64,000 bases of DNA from a virus (taxonomy: Duplodnaviria; Caudoviricetes). Positions 35,567 through 45,744 of the stretch are shown here, piece after piece; the stretch's first letter is position 1; each line of letters opens with the position of its first letter. The position numbers were made by a program, and so were the translations under genes. The notes under the pieces are model-generated. The model was not told where the DNA came from. It made no database searches and saw only the letters and a list, made by a program, of their open reading frames with translations. Location: positions 88,749 through 152,748 of IMG/VR virus record IMGVR_UViG_2825252539_000001; one strand, given 5' to 3'.

Positions 35567-36247
35567 TTGTTCGCAACTGGCCGGCTCGTCGACCATGACC
35601 CTCGGTCTCGACAGTTCCGCCACACATTCACCGCGACTTCTCTGAAGCCTGTCGATTGGGACGACGACGCTCCAATCACTGACCAAGGACAGATCGGTGG
35701 CTGCACCGGCTGGACCATGCTCGACATTCTCAACAACCATCTGTTCCGCGGCAACCGTGTCCACGCTACTAAGTCTGACGCGCTCCTGCCGAACAACAAG
35801 GGTCTCGACCTCTACTCTCGCGCAACCCGTCTCGACGGGATTGCTAACAACACTTATCCACCGACTGACGAAGGCTCATCTGGCCTCGGCGCCGTAAAGG
35901 CCGGCAAGGCAGAGAAATTCGTCCTGACCTACACCCACGGGTTCTCGATGAATGACTTTCTCGTGGCCCTGCAGCACCAGCCGGTCATGGTCGGCACTGT
36001 GTGGACCCAGGGGATGTTCGATCCCGACAAGACCGGGCTCGTCCGCCCAACTGGCGTTCAACAGGGCGGACACGAGTATGGCGCCTTCGGCTACAACCCA
36101 GCCACCGGTTTGATCAAGTTCCGCAACCACTGGACAGACCAGTGGGGTGTGAAGGGTCGGTTCTACATCCGTGCAACAGATTTCGAGAAGTTACTCGCGG
36201 CACAGGGTGACGTCACTATTCCCGCTCCTATCCCGGTGACCGCATGA
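35567..36247 (+). CDS. Papain-like (C1A) cysteine peptidase
   Basis: DQGQIGGCTGW, GGHEY, FRNHW..WGVKGRFYI; TTG after AGGAG. Confidence 0.82.
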   Translation: MFATGRLVDHDPRSRQFRHTFTATSLKPVDWDDDAPITDQGQIGGCTGWTMLDILNNHLFRGNRVHATKSDALLPNNKGLDLYSRATRLDGIANNTYPPTDEGSSGLGAVKAGKAEKFVLTYTHGFSMNDFLVALQHQPVMVGTVWTQGMFDPDKTGLVRPTGVQQGGHEYGAFGYNPATGLIKFRNHWTDQWGVKGRFYIRATDFEKLLAAQGDVTIPAPIPVTA

Positions 36248-37452
36248 CGGAACTCGGACAACTCACCAACAATTCGTCGTATGACGATGTCGCACAGGCG
36301 ATCATCCTCGAAGCCAAGCGTCGCGGATACACCCTCGAAGAGGCCATCGCAGTTGTCTCGGCGCTCATCCAGGAATCGGGATTGAAGCCCACAATCTGGG
36401 GGCCGGCCGGCAAGAGGATTACCTACGGGATCGCCCAGCAGGACGGCAGCTATCCGAATCGGATGGACCCGAATGCTCAAGTCAGCGAATTCTTCAATCG
36501 ACTTGACATCAAACGCAATTCACCCGCGCATGGGGACATCTGGGCCAACATTTTCTGGCTCCAGCAAGGGCCAAATTGGCCCAGCGCACAGTACGGCCTT
36601 GACAACGGTCGCAAGGCGTACATGACCGAAATCAAATCACACATCACCGAAGCCAACCGGCTCGTGAATCTTTACTGGGACGGAGGTAAGCCGGTGGCGG
36701 ACAACCGACCAGACTTCAACGAGTTCCCCGTCTTCCTGACTGGAAACTCACACGCTCGTGACATCAACAAGATTGACCTCTGGCTGCTCCACACCCAAGA
36801 GCCGCCCGTGGGTAGCGATAACCGCAACGACGCAGCGTTAGAACTGCGCAACTTCCTGGAATCAACCAAGGGTGGCGCCAATCCCGTGAGCTATCACTAC
36901 ACGGGCAGCATGGCCAACGACGGCGGCACAACGGTAGTCGACTGTGTCGACACCGATGACGCATGTTGGGCGGTGGGCAACTCCAACGACCGGTCGATCA
37001 ACTTCTGTTTCGCCGGCACCCGGGCTGACTGGACCCGTGATCAGTGGATCAACAACGAGCTTGGCTCGATCCTCGCCGCGGCGTATCTCTTCGTTCAGGA
37101 CTGTAAGAAGTACCCGAAGCTGCAGCCCCGCGTCATCGCGCCGAACTACAGCGCGCCTCCGGGCGCGGCGGACCACAACTACTGCACGACCTATCTCAAG
37201 GACGGCAACGATCATCACGACGTCGGGCCGAACTTCCCGTGGGATCTGTTCACCGCGGCAGTCAACAAGTTCGCCAGCGATAAGCCGGCTGATCCTGTAA
37301 CTCCGGCTCGCCAGTTCCCGAAGGACTACACCGACCGCGAGCTGCTGGAGTGGATCGTTAACCAGCTCGGCGACGGAGACCCGTCTTGGCCGTCGAAGGG
37401 TATGACCGTCCGCGACAAGCTGTGGTCGGTCGCCACGAAGGTCGGCGCGTAG
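36244..37452 (+). CDS. lysA: Lysin A (amidase-type endolysin)
   Basis: LLHTQE, VSYHY, SINFCFAG, HHDVGPNFPWD; C-terminal DRELLE..QLG motif. Confidence 0.9.
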   Translation: MTELGQLTNNSSYDDVAQAIILEAKRRGYTLEEAIAVVSALIQESGLKPTIWGPAGKRITYGIAQQDGSYPNRMDPNAQVSEFFNRLDIKRNSPAHGDIWANIFWLQQGPNWPSAQYGLDNGRKAYMTEIKSHITEANRLVNLYWDGGKPVADNRPDFNEFPVFLTGNSHARDINKIDLWLLHTQEPPVGSDNRNDAALELRNFLESTKGGANPVSYHYTGSMANDGGTTVVDCVDTDDACWAVGNSNDRSINFCFAGTRADWTRDQWINNELGSILAAAYLFVQDCKKYPKLQPRVIAPNYSAPPGAADHNYCTTYLKDGNDHHDVGPNFPWDLFTAAVNKFASDKPADPVTPARQFPKDYTDRELLEWIVNQLGDGDPSWPSKGMTVRDKLWSVATKVGA

Positions 37453-38834
37453 TGAAAGACGCTAACGGCAAATGGGTCGGATACGGCTTGGGGGATGTTG
37501 GCCCCCAGGTCGTTAAGATCCAACACCGACTCCTCGCGGCTTACCCCAAGAACTCTCAGGCAAAGACGTTGGGCGTTGTTGAGTCTGGCCGCTACGACGA
37601 GGCAACGCAAACGGCCGTCAAGAACATTCAGCCGTTCCTCAACCTGCCGGCGACCGGCATCGCAAACGCCGCAACCCAGCGTGCACTGGGTGTCGTCGAC
37701 ACGCCTGCACCAGCCCCGGTGTTTCCGCACCGGAAAATCTGGTTCTTCTCGGCGCCGGGTTCGGGAGCTGACTGGAACGTCGGCCCGTCGTTCGAAGTGG
37801 GGGAGATGGTTACCGGCAACCGCCCGGGTGACCCGAATCGCGAATCGCTGCATATCAACCATCAGCCGCTGTCCTTCCTGAAGGGCGGCTATATGGGCCT
37901 GCTTGGCGGCAGCGCGACCGCTACGTACGTGGAGGTCACGTGGGACGAGTGCATGTCATTGCTGCACTGTCTCGACGTCAACCCCGACGTGCAGGAAGCG
38001 CTCAATCTCGCTCTGGAGTACTGCACGCAAAAGGGCTGGAAGCCAGCTGATCTCACCGACGCGCAGATCGAGGAGATCGGCGACCATCTCGAACTCGAAC
38101 TATGGATGTCGGGATACTCGCAGTCCGCCGACGGTCTAGAAGACGCACTGGAGCACTTGTTCGGAGACGGGGGATTCGTTCACCCCGGCAATCCGGCCAA
38201 GGTTCCAAGCGGCCCCGGCAAGTACCGCATCCTCCGCGGCTGCATCAACGGCGTTCCCCAGTTCGGCAATCCGTCCAAGCCGGTAACCGGCATCGCCCGC
38301 AAGGTGCGTCCGGACTGGCTCGCGCGCCGCGTCCACTGCATCACCAACACTGGCGACTTCTACGCCGAAGTTCCTGCCAGCGACCATATTCGGCCTGCGT
38401 TCTACGCCATCATCATTCAATCGGCGATCTCCCTGCCATTCATGGTGCATGTCCTGCGTATCGCAGTGCCGATCGTAATGAAGTGGGCGGCCACCCTGAT
38501 GCCCGTGTTCGGTCCACTGCTGGGCGGTTTCGGGCCGATGGTTCAGATGGCGCTCGGTGGGTTGCAAGGCCTACAGGGGCTTGGTAATACTCCCGCCTTC
38601 GCCGGCCTGATGGGACAAGCAGCCCAACCTGGTGACGAGAAAGTCGACCACGACCTAGAGCAAATACTAGAGCCGCAGGGGCTGCTGCAAAACATCCCTT
38701 CGCTCATTCAGTTGATCGCCGCCGTGGGTCCGGGTCTCGACGCTCACAACACCTATCACCTTCCGAAGCCTGAGCACGACGGCCGGTCAGGCATTCAAGT
38801 CGCGTACGACATCGTCGCCGCGTTCCGGCGCTGA
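37452..38834 (+). CDS. lysB: Lysin B (cutinase-like esterase with N-terminal PG-binding region)
   Basis: WVGYGLGD N-terminus, SGYSQSA, QFGNP..P..GI, GDFYA; follows lysA. Confidence 0.82.
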   Translation: MKDANGKWVGYGLGDVGPQVVKIQHRLLAAYPKNSQAKTLGVVESGRYDEATQTAVKNIQPFLNLPATGIANAATQRALGVVDTPAPAPVFPHRKIWFFSAPGSGADWNVGPSFEVGEMVTGNRPGDPNRESLHINHQPLSFLKGGYMGLLGGSATATYVEVTWDECMSLLHCLDVNPDVQEALNLALEYCTQKGWKPADLTDAQIEEIGDHLELELWMSGYSQSADGLEDALEHLFGDGGFVHPGNPAKVPSGPGKYRILRGCINGVPQFGNPSKPVTGIARKVRPDWLARRVHCITNTGDFYAEVPASDHIRPAFYAIIIQSAISLPFMVHVLRIAVPIVMKWAATLMPVFGPLLGGFGPMVQMALGGLQGLQGLGNTPAFAGLMGQAAQPGDEKVDHDLEQILEPQGLLQNIPSLIQLIAAVGPGLDAHNTYHLPKPEHDGRSGIQVAYDIVAAFRR

Positions 38835-38842
38835 GAGGACTC

Positions 38843-39076
38843 ATGCTTACATTCAAATTCTGGAAGGGCACGGCAATCCGTGCCGTCCGCACCTTCGCCC
38901 AAACCTTCGGGGCGGGCAGCCTGGGTAATGGCCTCGACCTGTGGCATCTGGACTGGAAGGCCTCGCTCGGAGTAGCTCTCGGCGCCGCCGTCGGTTCAGT
39001 TCTGATGTCGATCGACCGCGCCCCACAGGACCCTTCGGAACAGGACGTCTTACCGACCTCCCCCGAAGCGGCCTAA
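38843..39076 (+). CDS. Holin (r1t-like)
   Basis: FWKGTAIRAVRTFAQT...DW; two hydrophobic segments. Confidence 0.85.
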   Translation: MLTFKFWKGTAIRAVRTFAQTFGAGSLGNGLDLWHLDWKASLGVALGAAVGSVLMSIDRAPQDPSEQDVLPTSPEAA

Positions 39077-39303
39077 TGGATATCACGGTGTACACGAAAC
39101 CGGCTTGCGTGCAGTGCAATATGACGTACAAGGCACTTGACAAGCAGGGCTTGAGCTACAACGTCGTGGACATCACCGAGGACCATGCAGCCCGAGACCA
39201 TGTCATGAGTCTCGGGTACTTGCAGGCTCCCGTGGTAGTAGCCGGCGAGGACCACTGGTCCGGATTCCGGCCGGAACGTATTCGCGCACTGGGGGAGCCA
39301 TGA
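39076..39303 (+). CDS. nrdH: NrdH-like glutaredoxin
   Basis: ITVYTKPACVQC...LGYLQAPVV...HWSGFRPERI. Confidence 0.93.
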   Translation: MDITVYTKPACVQCNMTYKALDKQGLSYNVVDITEDHAARDHVMSLGYLQAPVVVAGEDHWSGFRPERIRALGEP

Positions 39304-39725
39304 GATTCCTGCCGGTGGCGACGACCGTGACATCGTTGTTCGCCATGGCCGAAGCCACCATCCGCGGGATCGACTACCTGAAGGTTCCCGACGAAGGTGT
39401 CATCGGAACGCTCGCCACCATAACGGATATGGGCGTCGCGCCTGACACGCTGGGACTCACATTCCTGCTGCTCGGGATGTTCGGCACTCTCGCGGTGGTT
39501 CTCCATCGCTGGGTGCCGGCGGCGCTCATCCATGCATTTCTCGGCGGGATCTTCCTCGTCATGGGGGCAGTCGCGCTCTCGCCCGCGGTTGCTGTTGGAT
39601 ACGGCTTCCGTGGACCGTTGTCGTACATATTGATCTTCGCCGTGGTCCACCTTTGTGCCGCCGGCTCTTTCTTAGACAGGTGGTGGGCACGACGTGGAAG
39701 GCGAGAAGTTCGATTGGATCTCTAG
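39300..39725 (+). CDS. Multi-pass membrane protein of the lysis cassette
   Basis: About four hydrophobic segments. Confidence 0.75.
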   Translation: MRFLPVATTVTSLFAMAEATIRGIDYLKVPDEGVIGTLATITDMGVAPDTLGLTFLLLGMFGTLAVVLHRWVPAALIHAFLGGIFLVMGAVALSPAVAVGYGFRGPLSYILIFAVVHLCAAGSFLDRWWARRGRREVRLDL

Positions 39726-40128
39726 TTTCCTAGAGCATTGGCCGAATCTAGCGTGGGTAGTCCCGGTGGCGTTCGTCTGCTACTACATCGTCAAGTTCGT
39801 CTCACTGTCCTCCGAGACCGTGACGAAAGCCCTTGGCGGACTGGGTAAGCACTGGCGAGAGTCAGCGGACCGCAAACGGCCGGCGCGACAGGCTGAAGTC
39901 GAGGATCTCCGGGCTGAGGTCAAGGCGCTGTCGAAGCGTCTCGACATCTTTCGCACCCGCGAGAGCATCTACCTCGAATACATCATCTACGACACCGACT
40001 ACCACTTCAACGAGAGGCTCCGCCTCACGGGTACGGCCTTCATGCCCACTGCGCACAAGTCATTCCCCGACTTTCAAAAGGAATGGCTCAACCGCAATCA
40101 CATGGACATGACGGACATCACCCTCTAA
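39694..40128 (+). CDS. Single-pass membrane protein with a coiled coil
   Basis: N-terminal hydrophobic segment, then EVEDLRAEVKAL; last gene of the cassette. Confidence 0.72.
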   Translation: MEGEKFDWISSFLEHWPNLAWVVPVAFVCYYIVKFVSLSSETVTKALGGLGKHWRESADRKRPARQAEVEDLRAEVKALSKRLDIFRTRESIYLEYIIYDTDYHFNERLRLTGTAFMPTAHKSFPDFQKEWLNRNHMDMTDITL

Positions 40129-40135
40129 CCAGACC

Positions 40136-40203
40136 AGCGCCCCGCTGTGCTCTCTCTACTGCTGTTCCCCCAGTGTGAGATTGAGCCGGCGGGGCGCTTT
40201 TCT
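40136..40203 (+). terminator. Intrinsic terminator at the convergence of the two arms
   Basis: AGCGCCCCGC/GCGGGGCGCT stem followed by TTTTCTT. Confidence 0.72.
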
Positions 40204-40209
40204 TGTGTC

Positions 40210-40347
40210 TTAGGGGTTAACCGCGACCTCTAGATTTGCGGCATGCTCGCGGATGAGTTGTGCCCGGGCGGGATCAACCTTCTCGATCGCCTGGGCGTAG
40301 TCCTCCCAATCCTGCTGGCTCATCGTCATGTCGATGATCCGCTTCAT
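40210..40347 (-). CDS. 45-aa protein MKRIIDMTMSQQDWEDY...
   Basis: Strong AAGGAG SD; below the ORF-track cutoff. Confidence 0.65.
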   Translation of the reverse strand: MKRIIDMTMSQQDWEDYAQAIEKVDPARAQLIREHAANLEVAVNP

Positions 40348-40373
40348 TGCGTTGTCTCCTTACATGTTTGAAT

Positions 40374-40444
40374 GCCCCGCTTGTGACCTACGGTGCGGGG
40401 CGACCGCGTAGGATTCCCACCAGCCCGTCTGCAAAGCTAGTGGG
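40374..40444 (-). other. Structured intergenic RNA: hairpin plus H-type pseudoknot
   Basis: CCCACUAGC/GCUGGUGGG; interleaved CCUACG/CGUAGG and GCCCCGC/GCGGGGC. Confidence 0.6.
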
Positions 40445-40454
40445 CCTGGTCAAG

Positions 40455-40619
40455 TCAAGGCCAGGTGACGTTCTCTAGAGTCACCTTCTGGTCGCCGTAG
40501 TTCGTCAACTTGAACAGGTAGTGAAAGGCGTTGCGGCGCGCGTTGTCTTCATTTGTGAAGAGACGCATCTTTCCGTCGACCGGATCGACCACGATGAACG
40601 CTTCACTGAGCGGTGCCAC
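40455..40619 (-). CDS. Small hypothetical protein (MAPLSEAFIVVDP...)
   Basis: GAGGG SD with a GTG start; fills the gap. Confidence 0.5.
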   Translation of the reverse strand: MAPLSEAFIVVDPVDGKMRLFTNEDNARRNAFHYLFKLTNYGDQKVTLENVTWP

Positions 40620-40628
40620 CACAAGCCC

Positions 40629-41309
40629 TCACCAACTCTTTGAACGCTGAACTTCTGGAGTGTCGACCACGCGGCCACACCCGATGCAAGCGACGATCTG
40701 ACGACTCACCTCGTAATCGTGAGCGCCTTCCGAGTCGTTCCAGATGCCCGTCTCGATCACCACATCCGACACGATGCGGTGATGCTCCGCGGGGTGCTCA
40801 CACCAATCGCCGACACGCGTCGAGTCGCCAATGAGGTGTACCGCGATGTCTTCACCGCTACTTGGTCTGGCGAACGGCCAAATAGATCCGGTCATTTGCC
40901 GAGAATCCCTTCATGTTTCAGGTGCCGCGATAGCCGAATGCGGGCGGACTTGGCTTTGGCTGAGCCACTGTGCGTGGCGGTCTGCATTCCTGATACCGCG
41001 TCGGACGCGGGCCGTGGGGATCATTATCGCCAGTAGCACCAATGTGCATCCACCGGCTAATACCGTCAGCGCAATCAGTCTTATACTCAATGCGCTCGTT
41101 ACAGTTCAGGCAACGATCACTCTCCATCATCGTTCGCCCCGTCGCACCTCTTGCGTGCACAGGGGGCAGCACGCGGTACCGTGATACAGCCATTCCCCGC
41201 AACCGGGACAACGGTGAATGTCCCTGTCACATAAGGGGCAATCCGGATCGCGCGGTGTCTCTGGACCATGAATCGTCAATGGCGTGACGAGCGTGACAAC
41301 CTCAGTCAT
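40629..41309 (-). other. Three small Cys-rich leftward ORFs (40629-40895, 40918-41130, 41127-41309)
   Basis: Tiled ORFs with CxxC motifs. Confidence 0.55.
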
Positions 41310-41459
41310 GGGGTCATGCTGTCGATCAACTCGTTGTACCGGTCGCATGCGAACCGGAACTGCTGGGTGACCGTGAAAAAGCAACCTTGTTGCCCCAGAA
41401 TTCGATGCGATCGAGAATGCCGAGGGATTCCGCTTCAGCATCCCAGAGTTGCTGCCACT

Positions 41460-42110
41460 TCATGCCAATCCGTTCGTTGGAAAGTTGTTACTGTGTCGCC
41501 AGCTCGCCGCGGTCCTGACGTGATCTGGCCGGACCCATTTACCGACTCGCTCGCCGAACTTGTCGTAAGGGATGTTGTGGATCGATCGCACAACGAACCC
41601 CTCGGAGGTCTCGGGGTCTCGCTTGTCGACCCAGATGCTCAATGCGGTCCGTTCATCAGTCCATCCCTGGCCCAGAACGGGAACCGTGGGTAAACCGAGC
41701 AGGGCGGCCCATTCCTCCGTCTGAGACCATGTGAGCAGGTTGTTCCAGTCGTCCCAAATCCCAATCACCATGAGGTACGCCGGCAAGTTGTCGTAGGGCA
41801 CGCTGCGTTGCGCCCACAGCGACTCGGCCGACACCCGCCATCCCTCGGGGATCTCATGCGCAACCTTGGCCCACTCCGACTTCGCGTGCTGCTCCCAACG
41901 GGGCGTGAGATCGCTCGTCGACCGCGCGTGGAAGTAGTCCCGCGCCAGCGTGACGTTACCGCCGTCCATCTTCTCGGTCATCACGACCTGCTCGCGGAAA
42001 AGGTTCTTCGCGGTCTGCGTCGACATCCGCTTGTCATCGTCGGTGGCACCGGGTGATGAGGGAAGATGAGGCGTACGTGGGTACTTGACTCGGGTCAAGG
42101 TATCGGTCAT
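41460..42110 (-). CDS. RNA ligase (ATP-dependent nucleotidyltransferase fold)
   Basis: KYPRTPHL, TEKMDG motif I, EGFVVR, KWVR. Confidence 0.85.
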   Translation of the reverse strand: MTDTLTRVKYPRTPHLPSSPGATDDDKRMSTQTAKNLFREQVVMTEKMDGGNVTLARDYFHARSTSDLTPRWEQHAKSEWAKVAHEIPEGWRVSAESLWAQRSVPYDNLPAYLMVIGIWDDWNNLLTWSQTEEWAALLGLPTVPVLGQGWTDERTALSIWVDKRDPETSEGFVVRSIHNIPYDKFGERVGKWVRPDHVRTAASWRHSNNFPTNGLA

Positions 42111-44612
42111 ACGATCACTGATGCCATGACAACGCGAGTGATCCGGAATACGGCATCACCCCGATCGAGCGATTCCCACATAAGTCGTTCCAATTCGACA
42201 GGATCATGCACGAGCTGCGGCCGTGACCATGCGCCGTCCGGGTTTGGCTCAGCCTTGCTTTCCACCGACCAGGTCACGTCAATTCCGCCAATCGCTGCTT
42301 GACGTCGTGCAGCACATACTCTGCGCACTCGATACCCCACCGCGTGGTGAATGGATTGGCGAGGGTGTCGAGCGCGTCCTCACGCATCTGGTGAAGCCGG
42401 TCGACGTCATCGATCTGCGCTATGTAGTCGTACATTTCGACTCACGCTCAGCGATCTCGGCCGCGGCGAGGAAGGTTGCAGCGAAAGCCCTTGCCTCATC
42501 GGGCAGGTAGTTGTTCCCGCCGTAGCTCACCTCATCACCCTCGACGACTATGTCCTGCCCGGGCCACCGCGCCTCTTTGTGGGGATCGTTGTCCGGGTAA
42601 TGACCCCACCAGGCTGTATACTCATCGACCTCTGGTCCGCCTCCCGTGTCATCAGGGTCGGGCAGTTTCACCAAGGCCCAACCATTCTCAGCGAACCACT
42701 TCGTTGCTGACTGGACGAAGCGGTCTGTGATGTCGGCGAGAAAAAGCCATAGATGGTCTCCGCTCGACTTCAACGCCGCCGTGAGCGCTTGTTCGACGGT
42801 CGTCTCTTTCGTTGTCATATAGCCTCCTTAGGTGTCTTTCGCGGCCTCTTGCGGCCATCCGCGAATCCGTCGCGGTACGCCTGGGCGATCTGCTCCCCGA
42901 TGGCAGCGGTGCTATTTCCGCACTGCCAACACACTTCGTTTACACACCGCTCACCGTCTTCGACATCACACAACGGGTCGACACAGTCCGCGTTATTGCA
43001 TTGGCCCACGGTCATTTAACTCGGTAGCAACCATGTGGTCCTGCCATTGGTTCACCGCACTTCGCGCACCTCATCCAGCCGGCGCCCGCCCGTGGCATGC
43101 GCTCTGCATCGGGGATTGTGTCGAGAATTTGTTGGGCGATGCGTCTGGCTTCGTGCGGCTTCGCCAGCTTGTCGACCTTGATGTGGACGTATCCGGGACT
43201 GGGTTGAATCGTATTCATCCCATTCGACCTATCCGCTTCCCGAGCTGCAGCATCTCCCACTGGCGTTTCCCCGGTGACTCTTTGCGGGCTACGGCTGCCG
43301 GCCCGCTTCGGTGAACCCTCTCCAGGCGGGCGGCGTGATTGGCCGCACGGGCTTTCTTGAAGTCTTCGTCCGCAGCGATGCGAGCGAGTTTCTGCGGAGA
43401 CGGGACGGCCATGGTTTCTAGCCGTCCCAGAAGTCCCGTTATCACGGCGTGGTCATCACTGGATGCGGGCACTTGGGCGATCCGGCCGTTGGACATTCCG
43501 ACGCAGTAGGTGCCATCGTCGGCAAGCTTGATGCGCGCCTGGCGTTTTCGACTCATTGGGCATCATTCCTCGCCCCAGTAGGGCACATAACCAAGGCCGC
43601 CAGGGAACAGCTGATTTATGACCGCCGCCTGAAGGTCAGTGATTTCAAAGAATCCGAAAGAGTCGATGAGGATTTCATCTTCCCATCCTTCGTTGGTCCC
43701 GAAGTATCGGGTTTGCTCTGTGCTGAAGCACTCTTTCAGCGCATCCACCTCTTCGGTGGTGGTGATAACAAACCCTGAGATATCGAACTCATCTGCCCAG
43801 TCACGGCTGAACTTGACCAGTACTGGCATTTTTAGCTCCTGTCACACGCCGGATGAGTACACACGCACAACGCTTCCAACCAATTCGGGCACGAATCTTG
43901 GGTATGGCCCAACTCGCACAACGTCTTTCCGCCGTGCTGGGTGCAGGGCTTCATCATCTGGGCCGACGCAATAGTGGTGCCGAAGTCGATCCCGCACCGT
44001 TCGAGCTGCTCCAGCTTGGCAGTGATCACACACCCGCAGTCCATCGTGGCGCCAGCGGTGGGTAGTGAAGCCGTCTTACTGCGCATGATCGCCTCGTAGA
44101 CCGGTACGAACTCCTCGGCTAGGGTGGGGCATTCACAGTGGAGTAGCTGTCCGCACCCTGGGCACCGCGGATCATCCAGCTCTGGTAGATCGCTGCTCAT
44201 GTTCGTTCTCCATCCTGATTGCAAGATCTCGTATGTCGTCGATGTCCGGATGCCACTCAACGCTCGGGTACGTGCCGATTTCTTCGGGCTCGATCACTAA
44301 GACGCCGTCGTCGGGGTTGCCGGTGTAGCGCACCATCGGGCGCTCCACCCAGTGCTTACCGACCCATAGCCGGCGAGGCGTGAGGACGGGCAGATAGCGC
44401 TTGTGCTGGGCGAGTCGTTCGGTGTGCTCGCGCAGGCAGTCGTCGCAGATGTTGAGGACGAGTTCCTCGCCGTCGAAGCTATCCCAGAAGGTCGATCCGT
44501 AGTGACCCTCGGTCCGGAACTCCGTCCCGTTATTGGGCTGATTGTCAGCCCCGGTGACGACGGATTGCAGTTTCTTGCCGCACTTGAAGCACGGCAGCAT
44601 GGCTTCACTCAT
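42107..44612 (-). other. Run of small leftward hypothetical genes (e.g. 42420-42818, 42815-43015, 43215-43556, 43563-43829, 44172-44612)
   Basis: Tightly tiled ORFs with coupled starts and stops. Confidence 0.6.
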
Positions 44613-44650
44613 GATTACTCCCTTCGCCTAGTACAAGGCGGCTTGATCGC

Positions 44651-44965
44651 TCAGGTGTAAAGGTTCGGACTTCGAAGATGGCATCCGCCGCCGCATTGTT
44701 CACAGCAGATGTCGGCTTCGGCCAGCCGCTCGATCTCGGCAATCAACTTCGGGATCAACGTTCGTGCCTGGGCGATGAACCGAGCGTTCGCCAAGGAACT
44801 TCCGTTGCCGTAGCCCTCCCAGTCGGAGTGGGCGTAAACCACAGTGGGAAAGTTGTATACGCCGTGCGATACACCATGGTGACCGCCCCGAAGCGTGACG
44901 ACGTTCCATGGTCCCTCGGTGACGCCTTCAAGCGCCGCCTTGGCGCGATCGGTCAACTCGCTCAT
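44651..44965 (-). CDS. Ead/Ea22-like protein
   Basis: AKAALEGVTEGPW...ANARFIAQARTLIPKLIAEIERL; paralog at 63093. Confidence 0.6.
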   Translation of the reverse strand: MSELTDRAKAALEGVTEGPWNVVTLRGGHHGVSHGVYNFPTVVYAHSDWEGYGNGSSLANARFIAQARTLIPKLIAEIERLAEADICCEQCGGGCHLRSPNLYT

Positions 44966-45744
44966 GTCAGCTTCTCCACCGTTATCCGGTAACCCTCGCC
45001 GCCCTCGATGTCGCGAAAGATCTCGTGAGGCTCACCGCCGGCCTCGATCCATTGCGCCACTGCCCAGATCGCTTGACCGGTGACATCGCACTTGTCCTTA
45101 AAGACGGTGCGCTGTCCCGCGGTTCCTAACCGGCCGGCGTCAATCCCGTGGCTAAGCGGCTGGAACTGGACTCCGAATTTCGGTGCTGTCATGTGGTCCC
45201 TCGTCATTCGGGCAGGCCTATTGCTTGTATGAGTTCGTCGCGAAGGTGAACGAGCTTGTCTTGGTCGAGATCAACCGCTTCGGATTCTTCGTGCTGGTCG
45301 ACGACTGCGAAAACGCCGCAGATGGTTCCGTCATTGGCGCGCAACAGTTCCAGAATCAACGTGTTGCCGCGGTCATCTGTGTACTCGTGGTTCATGTGCC
45401 GTACCCGCATGCGTTGCAGACAAGTTCGAGCTTGTCCTCCCACGGCGATAGCCATGTCCCGGTGTCACCGCACCGCGGACACGGATCGCCGGCCTTCTCG
45501 TCTTCGTCCTGTGTCACATCAGATCCTCTGCGCGTTTGCGTTCGAAGTCGTTCAGTTCTTGCCACTCGGGGATATCCCGGAAGGCGACGAAGATCTGCGG
45601 TTCATCTGGCGTCTGCTGAGCGCGGTAGGCCGCGGCTTCACGATCAGCGTGCTCCAGGATCACGGTCTCGCTGCCTAGCGGATGGATCAGGTACCCATAT
45701 GGCCCGATCTCTGTTCGGTAGGCGGGGCTGTACCAGCGCCTCAT
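44962..45744 (-). other. Small leftward hypothetical genes
   Basis: Tiled ORFs at 44962-45207, 45204-45455 and 45514-45744. Confidence 0.5.

Noticed and set aside
41312-41463. Possible frameshift at a T5 run in a small leftward ORF (MKWQQLWD...)
   Set aside because: Both frames give short plausible peptides, there is no full slippery heptamer, and it cannot be judged without homologs
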